Assembly: GCF_004010195.1 (NCBI RefSeq)
Contig: NC_057754.1
Span: 740,285-782,243 of the forward strand
Direction: 5' to 3'
Length of the DNA stretch: 41,959 bases
From: Chiloscyllium plagiosum
Lineage: Eukaryota
The stretch's first letter is position 1. Each line of letters starts with the position of its first letter. Below, in pieces: positions 11,523-22,917 of this stretch. Below the pieces are notes generated by a model. That model worked only from the letters and a program-made list of their open reading frames with translations. It did not search any database and was not told where the DNA came from. A program made the position numbers and the translations under genes.

Positions 11523-14270
11523 TTAGAACATAGAATAATACAGCACAGAACAGGCCCTTCGGCCCACGATGTTACGCCAACCTGTGAACTAATCTAAGCC
11601 CATCACCCTACACTCTCCCATCATCATCCATATGCTTGTCTAAGTACTGTTCAAATGCCCCTAATATGGCTGAGTTAATTATATTGGCAAGCAAGCCATT
11701 CCATGCCCTTACCACTCTGAGTAAAGAACCTGCCTCTGACATGTCTTAAATCTATCACCCCTCAATTTGCAGCTATGCCCCCTCGTACAAGCAGACGTCA
11801 ACATTCTAGGAAAAAGACTCTCACTGTCCACCCTATCTAACCCTCTGATCATTTTGTATGACTCTGTTAAATCCTCTGTTAGCCTTCTTCTCTCCAATGA
11901 GAACAGACCCAAGTCCCTCAGCCTTTCCTCATAAGACCTTCCCTCCAGACCAGGCAACATCCTGGTAAATCTCCTCTGCACCTTTTCCAATGCTTCCACA
12001 TCCTTCTGTAATGGGGCGAACAGAACGCTACACAATATTCCAAGTGTGGCCACACCAGCGTTTTGTACGGTTGCAGCATGACATCATGTCTCCGGAACTC
12101 AATCCCTCTACCAATAAAACCTAATACACCATATGCCTTCTAAACAGCACTATCAACCTGGGTGGCAACTTTCAGGAATCTATGTACATGGACTCCAAGA
12201 TCCCTCTGCACATCCACACTACCAAGAATCTTTCCATTGACTCAGTACTCTGCCTTCCTGCTATTCTTCCCAAAGTGAATCACCTTACATTTAGCTGCAT
12301 TGAACTCTTTTGCCACCTTTCAGCCCAATTCTACAGTTTATCCAGTCCCCCTGAAACCTGCAAACATTCTTCCACACCATCCACCTCTCCACTGACTTTA
12401 GTATCATCTGCAAACTTACTAACCCATCCAGCTATGCCTGCATCTAAGTTATAAAAATGACACATAGCAGTGGTCCCAAAACAGATCCATGTGGCACACC
12501 ACTAGTAACTGGACTCCAGGCTGAATATTTTCCATCAACCACCACTTGTTGTCTTCTTACAGAAAGTCAGTTTCTAATCCAAACTGCTAAATCACCTTCA
12601 ATCCCAAGCCTCCGCATTTTCTCAATCAGCCTACCATGTGGAATCTTATCAAAGGTTTTACTGAAGTCCATGTACATCACATCAACTGCTCTACCCTCAT
12701 CCACATGCTTGGTCACCTTCTCAAAAACTCAGTGAGGTTTGTGAGCCATGTCTGGCCCTTGAAGAAACCATGTTGACTATCTGAAATCAAATTGTTGCTT
12801 GCTAGATGATTAGCAATCCTATCTCTTATAATCCTTTCCAAAACTTTTCCTACAACAGTCGTAAGGCTCACTGGTCTATAATTACCTGAGTCATCTCTAC
12901 TGCCCTTCTTGAACAAGGGCATAACATTTGCAATCCTCCAGTCCTTTGGTACTAAACCTGTAGACAATGACAACTCAAATATCAAAGCTAAAGGCTCTGC
13001 CACCTCCTCCCTAGCTTCCCAGAGAATTCTCGGAAAAATCCCATCCAGCCAAGGGACTTGTCTACTTTCATACCTTCTAGAATTGATAACACCTCCTCCT
13101 TACTAACCTCAATCCTTTCAAGTCTAATAGCCCGTATCTCAGTCTTCTCCTCTACAATATTCTCCTTTTCCTGAGTGAAAACCGATGAGAAATGTTCGTT
13201 CAGCAACTCTCCAATCTCCACAGGGTCTACACACAACTTCCCACTTCTGCTTTGACAGGTCCCATTCTGACCCTAGTCATCCTTTTATTCCTCACATACC
13301 TATAGAAAGCTTTAGGGTTCTCCTTTATTCTACCTGCTAAAGACTGCTCATGTCCCTTCCTAGCACTTCTTAACTCTCTCTTTAAATCCTTCCTAGCTAC
13401 TCTGTAACTCTCCATCATCTCATCTGAACTACCTCGCCTCAATGTCACATAACCCTCTCTCTTCTGCTTAACAAGAGATATAATTTCTTTAATAAACCAC
13501 GGTTCCCTTACCTTATCACATCCTCCCTGTCTGACAGGGACATATCTATCAAAGACATGCAATATCTGTTCCTTAAACCAGCTCCACATTTCAAATGTCC
13601 CCATCCCCTGCATTTTGCTGTCCCATTCTATTCCTCCTTAGTCTTGCCTAATCGCATTATAATTGCCCTTCCCCCATGTACAACTCTTGCCCCTGGCATC
13701 TACCAATCCTTTCCATCGCTATACCAAATGTAAGTGAATTATGGTCACTCTCTCCAAAGTGCTCACATACAACTAAATCAAACACTTGGCCTGGTTTATT
13801 ACCAAGTACCAGATCCAGTGTGGCCTCCCTCTTGTCGGCTTTTCAACATACTATGTCAGGAAACCCGCCTGCACACATTGGACAAAAACTGATCCAACTG
13901 ATGTACGAGAGTTATAGCATTTCCAGTCAATGTTGGGGAAGTTAAAGTCTCCTTTAATGACCACTCTGTTCCTTTCACTTCTGCTCAGAATCGATTTGTC
14001 AATCCTCTCCTCCACATCCCTGGAACTTTGCGGAAGCCTATAAAAATCTCCCAGCAATTTGATCTCTCCTCTCCTGTTTCTAACCTCATCCCATACCACC
14101 TCATTAGACGAGTCCTCATCAAAGGTTCTTTCAGCCATCGTTATACCGTCCTTGACTAACAAAGCCACACCTCCCCCTCTTTTACCACCTTCCCTGATCT
14201 TAATGAAAGATCTAAACCCTGGAACCTGCAACATCCATTCCTGACCTTGCTCTATCCATGTTTCTCTGCT
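11523..14270 (-). mobile_element. Relatively young CR1 LINE, almost complete ORF2 (APE endonuclease plus RT), frameshifted
   Basis: ETWIEQGQEW, GGKRGGGVALLVK, GDFNFPNIDW, NYRPVSLTTVVGKVLE, SQHGF; tail ttagaacatagaa. Confidence 0.95.
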
Positions 14271-14309
14271 CTTCCTCTGCTTCGTTATTGAGGTGGACGG
14301 GACACAAAG

Positions 14310-14630
14310 TCTCAGAACATGTGAGTTAGGAGCAAGAGTCAGATATTCAGCTCCTTGACCCTGTCCACTATTCAAAAAGATCGTGCATGATCTGATTTTG
14401 TCCCAACTCCACTTTTGACTCGGCCTTGACTACATCCAGTGACCCAGCCACTTTCTCCTCCACCCACCCTCTCCAGTCATCTCTCTAGGGCAGAGATTTC
14501 CACAGGCTCACCAATCTCTGACAGAAGACCTGTCTTCAATGAGAGACACAGAGGGAGATATGCTTTCAGCAATCAGTTTGTCAAGTCCCATCAGGATCTT
14601 ATATGTTTCAGTAAAATGGTATCTTTGGGA
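14310..14630 (-). mobile_element. Old CR1 3' fragment
   Basis: Reverse tail agaacatgtgagttaggagcaagagtcag..attcagctcc. Confidence 0.55.
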
Positions 14631-15379
14631 AAATCAGTAGTGACTGCCAGCCTCTATGGTTGGGTTGTCTCCATCGTAGCCACCTCTTGCCAGTTATGAA
14701 GGTCAATGCTGTGTGTCTCTATAGAGCTTGTTTTTTTTTTTCTCATTCTCAGGCAGGTTGACTGTACGAAAGCTAAGAGAACAGGATGGTGAGGGAGTCG
14801 TGTTTCTGCAATCCAAACCCTTGTCCAGCCCACTGAACTTCATCCTGCATGTTTGTGGGCTGTCTTTAAAAAGGACATTAGTATTTGTTTGATGATGCAG
14901 TCACTGAATCTGGATCATTGCCTGGAGTGGGTGGGGTGGGGTGGGGTGGGGGACGTTTCTCCCACCCTGTCTAACATGTCTCTCTGCAGTACAGGAGGGT
15001 GGTGACCATGTGGCTTGTGAAGTTTTGTTGGCCTGTGATGGTCTCTGCTGTTGGACCCTGAGATGGACTGACACAATTGATCCTGTGGGGGATCTCCTGG
15101 TCAATGATGGTCTTTGGAGAGAGGAGGCTGCCAAGGAATGGGAAACACTGGGACATATTCCAGAGGCTCTTCTTCAGCAGGTAATGGAGTTGGAATGTGT
15201 GAGTTACCAGGTGTGGGTTGATTTGAGTCCTGCTATCATGAATATTCAGGGACAGGCTGAGCCTCCTGAAGGCAGCACTGAAGATATCAAGAGTGGTTTG
15301 TGAAACTGGTGTAGAATGAGTAACAACACTGCAGTTACCCACATCTTATCAGCCATGTGTGTGTCAATGGGACCAGGTT

Positions 15380-15503
15380 AGGGCTTTTATCCGAAACGTC
15401 GATTTTCCTGCTCCTCGGATGCTGCCTGACCTGCTGTGCTTTTCCAGCACCACTCTGACCTAAACTCTGGTTTCCAGCATCTGCAGTCCTCAGTTTTCCC
15501 TAG
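15380..15503 (+). mobile_element. PLE family A terminal-repeat fragment starting inside hammerhead stem II
   Basis: agggcttttatccgaaacgtcgattttcctgctcctcggatgctgcctgacctgctgtgc...ccagcatctgcagtcctc. Confidence 0.8.
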
Positions 15504-15579
15504 TCACGTTTTACTGAGTCAAATGCATTGCTCAGATGAAGGCAGTGTCTTCCTCAACATTCCTCTTGCACCTGTCTGA

Positions 15580-15786
15580 GTGTGTGTGGAATGAACTGCC
15601 AGAGAAAGTGGTAGTTGCAGGTACAGTGACAACATTTAGAAGACATTTGGGCAGGTACATGAATAGAAAAGGTCTAGAGGGATATGGGCCAAACGCAGGC
15701 AGGTGGGACTAGTTTAGTTTGGGAAACCTGGTCATCACGGACGAGTTGGACCAAAGGGTCTGTTTCCATGCTGTATGACTCCATGG
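15580..15786 (+). mobile_element. CR1 3' end
   Basis: VWNELPEKVVVAGTVTTFRRHLGRYM plus tail ctgtatgactccatg. Confidence 0.85.
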
Positions 15787-16164
15787 CAACAAGGGCCATG
15801 TCAAAGGTTCATCAGGAAAATCTAACGCCACTTGTTGTCTCTGTCAGTATTCCCTCAGTCACAGGAAGCAGTTAATTCAGGAGAACGTGGGACAGGATTT
15901 ACTCCACACTGGTCAGAAAGGAAATACTGTGATCATTTCCACAGCATGATTTATCTCCCTTCATAAAGATGGTTACAATTGGTATATTCCTGGAATTGAA
16001 GGGAGTTCCTTTTCCTCAGTCAGCCACAGTGTGAGCTAATGCCCACTGGTTGTGGGGCCTTTCATTAGAATACCATCAGGGCCAGGTTTTATTATTCTTT
16101 ATCTGTTCACTTGCAACTCTCCTGTCGATGGATGTTCACAATGAATCCACTCATAGGACACCGG

Positions 16165-17020
16165 GGAGGTGGGGATTTCATTTTTTTATCCATTTGTGGG
16201 ATGTTGGTGTCACTGGCTGAGCCAGCATTTATTGCCTGTCCCTCGTTGCCTGTTGAAAATGTGGTGGTGAGCTGCCTTCTTGAACTGTTGCTGTTCATGC
16301 TGTAGGTAGACCCACAATGTCCCTTACAGAGGGAATTCCAGGATTCTGATTCAGTGACAGAATAAGAACGGCAATATATTTCCAAGTCAGGATGGTGAGG
16401 GGCTCGGAGGGGAACTTGCAGGGGGTGGTGTTCCCATGTACCTGCTGCCCCTTGTCCTTTTAGATGGAAGTGGCCATGGGTTTGGAAGGTGCTGCCTGAG
16501 GATCTTTGTTGAGTTTCTGCAGTGCATCATGTAGATGGTACACACTGCTGCTACTGAGTGTCGGCAGTGGGGGAATGGATATTTGTGGATGTGGTGCCAG
16601 TTAAGCAGGGACTGCTTTGTCCTGGATGGTGTCAAACTTCTTGTGTGTTCTTGGGACTGCCCCCATCCAGAGCAAGTGGGGAGTATTCTAACACATTCCT
16701 GACTTGTGCCTTGTAGATAATGAGTCAGGAAGTGAGTTACTCTCTGCTATATTCCCAGTCTCTGACCTGCTTTTGTAACCATTGTATTTATGCGGTGAGT
16801 CAGTTGAGCTTCAGGTAAATGATAACACCCAGGATGTTGATAGTGAGAGATTCAGTGATGGTGACACCATTGAATGTCAAGGGATGGTGGTTAAATTGTC
16901 TCTTATTGGAGATGGTCATAGTCTGGTATTTGTGTAGTGCAAATGTTACTTGCCACTTGTCAGCCGAAGCCTGGGTCTTGTTCAGCTCTTTTCTTGCATT
17001 TGATCACAGACTGGTTCAGT
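16165..17020 (-). mobile_element. Second CR1-like LINE family, 3' part
   Basis: IYKAQVRNVLEYSPL, KKFDTIQDKA, SWNSL; same family as 18841, 27445 and 36365. Confidence 0.8.
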
Positions 17021-18340
17021 ATGCTTCAGGGTGGAGAGGATCAGCTGTCACTGTGGATCTACAATGGGGTAGCACTTCCAGCATTGACAAATGGCATTGA
17101 CAACTTTAAGAAGGGAAAGACCATCCTGTGGACCAGGGGATGTCTTTGCTCTTTGACCTCAGTCTACTGTGCACTCCTGGTCGTTTCAGAAAAGTGTTGC
17201 ATGTGGCAGTGATCAGCAGATTTTTGGAAATCTCAACTTTGTCTTCCAGATCTCTCTTTGAGACCTCGGGACGGTTTGCCAGGCTCACTTTGTCCCAGGA
17301 AGTCACAGGTTGTATATCATTTTTGCTGAATCAGCCTTGGTTTTGATGCTGAAGCCCAGTGGTATGACCACACGACATGTACAGCTGCCTGTGAGGCTGC
17401 TTCCAGCCTCCTTTCACTCCATGACCCTGTCTTCCAAAGGAAGAGGCTGAAGCTCCAAAGACTGCAGCCACCAATCTCTGTATAGCACAGTATCAGCAGC
17501 AGCAGGGCACACTGAACTGAGACAGCAATGACCAAGACTGTCAGACTCAACTCATGCCCTGCTACCACAGATCAGTCCAATCCCATCACAGATTCACCAC
17601 TCACCATCATTGTTGCCTCCAGTGTGGCAGCTCAGCCTTCTCCTGGCTGAGGACAGAGTGTTTGAGGTCCAAGGTGTGGAACCAAAGACTAAGGTCATGA
17701 TTTAGTGGGCAGTAGTGACCCTCATGCTCCTGTAGGCTTCAGAGACTTGAACAATTACAACAGGAACCTCTGAGCGATGGAGGAATGACTCCTGTGGGAC
17801 CTTCGCAGGATATATGCCCAGCAGCCAGCTTGTTTTCCAAGCACCATGTTCAGCATTGAGACCCTGAGCTCTGCTGGGGTGGGACCTATCCCCTGAGAAT
17901 CGTGAAGCAATTGTTCGACTGGAAACCCCAGGAGGGAGTGATAGATCGTAGGGCCAGTGTCACACCCCTGAAGAGATCAAGCAGTGCCCCCCTCTAAGTC
18001 TCATGGGACACCCCAGCTTGTGACCAACTGAAAAGGAGAAACCAGGAAGGCAGTGAACACATTGATAGACTGGGGAGTATGGTGCAATGCTCCAGATATC
18101 TCCCTCCCCTGAAGGTACCAGGGGTTGTGCACTGGACCTAATCAGAGCAGAGGGTAAGTCACCTTCAAACCTGAGGAACTGCATGTGAAAGTGGGCACTT
18201 CAGCTTTCCTGCAGAAAACTGTACCCCCGTCACAAATTCAAGCCAGAAAACCACTCAGCCATGTAGTCGTGCATTTGATCGGCTTCAACTTCACCTCACA
18301 GCCTCAGCAGCTGTAGCTAGAAGGTGAACATCTGTGAATT

Positions 18341-18840
18341 NNNNNNNNNNNNNNNNNNNNNNNNNNNNNNNNNNNNNNNNNNNNNNNNNNNNNNNNNNNN
18401 NNNNNNNNNNNNNNNNNNNNNNNNNNNNNNNNNNNNNNNNNNNNNNNNNNNNNNNNNNNNNNNNNNNNNNNNNNNNNNNNNNNNNNNNNNNNNNNNNNNN
18501 NNNNNNNNNNNNNNNNNNNNNNNNNNNNNNNNNNNNNNNNNNNNNNNNNNNNNNNNNNNNNNNNNNNNNNNNNNNNNNNNNNNNNNNNNNNNNNNNNNNN
18601 NNNNNNNNNNNNNNNNNNNNNNNNNNNNNNNNNNNNNNNNNNNNNNNNNNNNNNNNNNNNNNNNNNNNNNNNNNNNNNNNNNNNNNNNNNNNNNNNNNNN
18701 NNNNNNNNNNNNNNNNNNNNNNNNNNNNNNNNNNNNNNNNNNNNNNNNNNNNNNNNNNNNNNNNNNNNNNNNNNNNNNNNNNNNNNNNNNNNNNNNNNNN
18801 NNNNNNNNNNNNNNNNNNNNNNNNNNNNNNNNNNNNNNNN
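18341..18840. other. Assembly gap (500 N)
   Basis: Run of N. Confidence 1.
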
Positions 18841-18933
18841 TAGAATGTCTCTTATTGGTGATGGTCATTACCAGGTGCAAATATTAGTTGCCAGTTGTCA
18901 GCCTGAACCTGGATATTGCCCAGGTCTTGCTGA

Positions 18934-19085
18934 AGAGGTAGAAAGTGGGGTAGAAAGTCAGGCAGCATCCGAAGCGCAGGAAAATCGATGTTTTGGGCAT
19001 AAGGCCTTCCTGATGAAATGTTGATTTTCCTGCTCTTTGGATGCTGCCTGACCTGCTGTGCTTTTCCAGCACCTTACTCCTGACT
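18934..19085. mobile_element. PLE family A fold-back insertion with 13-bp TSD
   Basis: caggtcttgctga at 18921-18933 and 19086-19098; inverted arms at about 18956-18993 and 19016-19053. Confidence 0.82.
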
Positions 19086-19138
19086 CAGGTCTTGCTGATT
19101 GTGGACACAACCTGTTTCAATATCTATAGAGTTATGAA

Positions 19139-19443
19139 TCATAGAATCTCTACAGTATGGAAGCAGGTCATTCAGCCCATCAAGTCCACACTGACCCTCT
19201 GAAGAACATCCTACCCAGAGCCACCCCTCTACTTGTCTATCCTACCCCTGTAATCCTACACTTCCCATGGTTAATCCACCTAACCTGCACATCTTTGGTC
19301 AGTGAGATCAAACCAGAGGAAATCCATGCACACATGGGGAGAATGTGCAAACTCTGCACAGACAGTCACTCAAGGGTGGAATCAAACCCAGGTCCCTGGT
19401 GCTGTGAGGCAGCAGTGTTAACCATTGAGCCACTGTGCTGCCC
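19139..19443 (-). mobile_element. Full-length HE1-type V-SINE
   Basis: tRNA head with A box TGGCTCAATGG and B box GGTTTGATTCC on the minus strand, V-domain, CR1-like tail. Confidence 0.9.
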
Positions 19444-20045
19444 ATGGTGAATAATGCTGAACATTGTGCAATTAACAAACATCCCCACCTCGGACCTTAT
19501 GATAGAGGGAAGGTCATTGATGAAGCAAAACATGAGTGAGTGTTTTGAGGAAGTAACCAAGAAGATCTGTGGCTCAGAAGGAATGGAGGAGAATAGGAGA
19601 GTGATAGTGATATATAAGAGATTCAGTGGTGAGAGGAACAAACAGGATGTTCTGTGGTCGCGAACGAGACTCCCAGATGGTAATTTGCCTCCCGGGTTCC
19701 AGGGTCAGGGATGTCTCAGATCAAGTATACAGGATTCTTAAAGGGGAGGGAGAGCAGCTAGAATACACATGGTACACATCGGTACCAATTACATTGGATG
19801 CTAGGATGAGGACCTGAATATTGAATATAGGGAGTTAGGGTTGGAAGCTAAAAGGCAGGACAAAAAGAGTAGTAATCTTCAGATTGTTACTGGTGCCATG
19901 GACTAGTGAGGCTAGGAACAGAGAGCAAGTGCAGATGAACACGTGGCTACGGGGCTGGTATTGGAGGGTGGGCTTCAGATATGTGGATTATTGGGATACC
20001 TTCTGGGGAAGGACGGCTTTTACCTGAATTGGAGAGGAAGTAATA

Positions 20046-20392
20046 TGTGAAGGTTTGTAGCTCGAGTGCTCGTCGTTGTGGTTCTGTTCGCCGAGCTGGA
20101 AGTTTTTGTTGCAAACGTTTCGTCCCCTGGCAAGGAAACATCATCAGTGCTTGGGAGCCTCCTGCGAAGTGCTTCTTTGATGTTTCCTCCGGTGTTTATA
20201 GTGGTCTGTCCCTGCCACTTCCGGTTGTCAGTTTCAGCTGTCCGCTGTAGTGGTTGGTATATTGGGTCCAGGCCGATGTGTTTGTTGATGGAGTTTGTGG
20301 ATGAATGCCATGCCTCTAGGAATTCCCTGGCTGTCCTCTGTCTGGCTTGCCCTATGATAGTAGTGTTGTCCCAGTCGAATTCATGTTGCTAG
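20046..20392 (-). mobile_element. PLE family B (Penelope/Poseidon-like), GIY-YIG C-terminus plus terminal repeat
   Basis: QHEFDWDNTTIIGQARQRTAREFLEAWHSSTNSINKHI on the minus strand; homologous to 32376-32720. Confidence 0.88.
20111..20150 (-). ncRNA. Minimal type I hammerhead ribozyme motif (PLE family B)
   Basis: GCA-CUGAUGA-U-GUUUCC-UUGCCA-GGGGAC-GAAA-CG-UU-UGC: stem I GCA/UGC and 6-bp stem II with wobbles. Confidence 0.78.
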
Positions 20393-20722
20393 NNNNNNNN
20401 NNNNNNNNNNNNNNNNNNNNNNNNNNNNNNNNNNNNNNNNNNNNNNNNNNNNNNNNNNNNNNNNNNNNNNNNNNNNNNNNNNNNNNNNNNNNNNNNNNNN
20501 NNNNNNNNNNNNNNNNNNNNNNNNNNNNNNNNNNNNNNNNNNNNNNNNNNNNNNNNNNNNNNNNNNNNNNNNNNNNNNNNNNNNNNNNNNNNNNNNNNNN
20601 NNNNNNNNNNNNNNNNNNNNNNNNNNNNNNNNNNNNNNNNNNNNNNNNNNNNNNNNNNNNNNNNNNNNNNNNNNNNNNNNNNNNNNNNNNNNNNNNNNNN
20701 NNNNNNNNNNNNNNNNNNNNNN
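20393..20722. other. Assembly gap (330 N)
   Basis: Run of N. Confidence 1.
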
Positions 20723-21250
20723 GCCCAGGACCTGCATGTCCTCAGCAGAGTGGGAGGGAGAGTTGAAATGTTGGGCCACAGGGCAGTGTGGTTGATTGGT
20801 GCGGGTGTCCCAGAGATGTTCCCTAAAGCGCTCTGCTAGGAGGCGCCCAGTCTCCCCAATGTAGAGGAGACCGCATCGGGAGCAACGGATCAGGAGCAAC
20901 GGATACAATAAGTTATATTGGTGGATGTGCAGGTAAAACTTTGATGGATGTGGAAGGCTCCTTTGGGGCTTTGGATTGGGGTGAGGGAGGAGGTTTGGGC
21001 GCAGGTTTTGCAATTCCTGCGGTGGCAGGGGAAGGTGCCAGGAAGGGAGGGTGGTTTGAAGGGGGGCGTGGACCTGACCAGGTAGTCACAGAGGGAACGG
21101 TCTTTGTGGAAAGCGGAAATGGGTGGGGAGGGAAATATATCCCTGGTGGTGGGATCCGTTTGGAGGTGGCAGAAATGTCATCAGATGATGTGGTTTATGC
21201 GAAGGTTGGTAGGGTGGAAGGTGAGGACCAGGGGCATTCTGTCCCTAATT
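20723..21250 (-). mobile_element. PLE (Neptune-like) GIY-YIG endonuclease fragment
   Basis: RCSRCGLLYIGETGRLLAERFREH..PVAQHFNSPSHS; a 14-bp tandem duplication at 20879-20904 shifts the frame. Confidence 0.9.
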
Positions 21251-21879
21251 GAAGTATGTCTATTTTAACACAGGCTGATTAACTTTGAGCATGATCAGCA
21301 GTTGGAACTATGATGTTGTGGCTATTACGGAGACTTGGATATCATAGGGGCAGGAATGGTTGTTGGATGTTCCAAGGTTTAAATATTTTGAAAGGAATGG
21401 GGGGAGGTAAAAGAGATGATTGATGGCATTGCTAATCCGGAGTAGTATCACAGTTGTAGAAACAGAGATCGTCAAGGAGCGTTTGTCTACAGACTCAGCA
21501 TGGGTGGAAGTTAGAAGCAGAAAAGGAGCAGTCACCTTATTGGGGATTTTCTACAGACCCCCTAATAGCAACAGAGACATGGAGGAGCAGATTGGGAGGA
21601 ACATTTGGGAAAGGTGCAGAAGTAACAGGGTTTGTGTCATGGGTGACTTCAACTTCCTTGGTATTGATCGGAACCGTCTTAGTTCAAATAGTTTGGATGG
21701 AGCAGCTTTTATCAGGTGTGTCCGGGAAGGATTCCTGACTCAATATGTAGATAGGCTGACTAGAGGGGAGACCATATTGGATTTGGTGCTTGGCAATGAA
21801 CCAGACCAGGTGTCAGATCTCTCGGCAGGACAGCATTTTGGTGATAGTGATCACAACTCACTGATCTTTACTATAGTCA

Positions 21880-22010
21880 AGGACAAAGTTAAAAATCATC
21901 AGGTAGCAGTGTTCCGAAAGCTAGTGCTTCTGAATAAACCTGTTGGACTATAACCTGCTGTTCTGTGATTTTTAACTTGGTCCACCCCAATCCAACATTA
22001 TAGTCCACAT
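21880..22010. mobile_element. PLE family C terminal-repeat fold-back insertion with hammerhead 3' half
   Basis: Inverted aagttaaaaatca / tgatttttaactt; gcagtgttcc-GAAA-GC-TA-gtg; interrupts the CR1 endonuclease; tatagt repeated at both flanks. Confidence 0.62.
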
Positions 22011-22917
22011 TATAGTGATGGAGAGGGATAGCAGCAGATGGTATGGGAAAGTATTTAATTGGGGAGGGGGAATTACAATGCTATTAGGCAGGAACTGGGG
22101 CACCTAAATTGGGAACAGATGTTCTCAGGAAAATGCACAACAGAAATGTGGAGGTTGTTTAGGGAGCACCTGCTGATAGTGCTGGACAGGTTTGTCCCAC
22201 TGAGGCAAGGAAGGGATGGTAGGGTGAAGGAACTTTGGGTGACAAGGGATGTGGAACATTGAGTCAACAGTAAGGAGGAAGCTTACTGAAGGTTGAGGAG
22301 GCAAGGAACAGACAGGGCTCTAGAGGGTTACGAGGTAGCCAGGAAGGAACTGAGGAATGGACTCAGAAGGGGGCATGAAAAAGCTTTACCGGGTAGGATT
22401 AAGGAAAACTCTAAGGTATTCTACACTTATGTGAGGAACAAGAGGATGGCCAGAGTGAGGGTAGGGCCAATCAGGGATATTGGAGGGAACTTGTGTCTGG
22501 AGTCAGGGGAGGTCGGGGATGGCCTTAATGAATACTTTGCTTCAGTATTCACTACTAAGAGGAACCTTGTTTTTTGTGAGGACAGTGTTAAACAGACTGA
22601 TATGCTCGAACAGGTTGACCTTAACAAGGAGGATGTGCTGAAAATTTTGAAAAACATAAGGATAGATAAGTTTCCTGGGCCAGACAGGATATGCCCAAGG
22701 TTACTACAGGAAGCAAGGGAAGAGATTGCTGTGTCTTTGGTGATGATTTTTGCATCCTCACTGTCCACTGGAGTAGTGCCAGATGATTGGAGGGTGGCAA
22801 ATGTTATTCCCTTGTTCAAGATAGGGAATTGGGATAATCCTGGCAATTACAGACCAGTCAGTCTTACGTCTGTGTGGGCAAATTATTGGAGAAGATTCTG
22901 AGAGGCAGAATTTATGA

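Larger units (their letters stand above)
11385..18330 (-). mobile_element. Ancient RTE-clade LINE in pieces (about 11385-11520, 14640-15375, 15505-15580, 15790-16160, 17020-18330)
   Basis: Collinear remnants: QDGLSLLKVVNAICQCWK; PGPDGI; IVTIFMKGDKSCCGNDHSISFL..LLPVTEGILTET; RQVQEEC..NAFDSVKR; DIFSAAFRRLSLSLNI; FPFLGSLLSPKTIIDQEIPHRI; HSIDLHNWQEVA. Linkage of the 11385 piece and the region beyond 17750 is less certain. Confidence 0.72.
18841..19535 (-). mobile_element. Second CR1-like LINE family fragment interrupted by PLE and SINE insertions
   Basis: CFINDLPSIIRSEVGMFVNCTMFS; similar to 16895-17015. Confidence 0.75.

Noticed and set aside
18317..18887. Long ORFs in the track
   Set aside because: Artefacts of the N gap; the same applies to 20347-20766
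19370..19443. tRNA gene
   Set aside because: The A and B boxes belong to a SINE head followed by a V-domain; no complete cloverleaf (likewise near 31050 and 40000)
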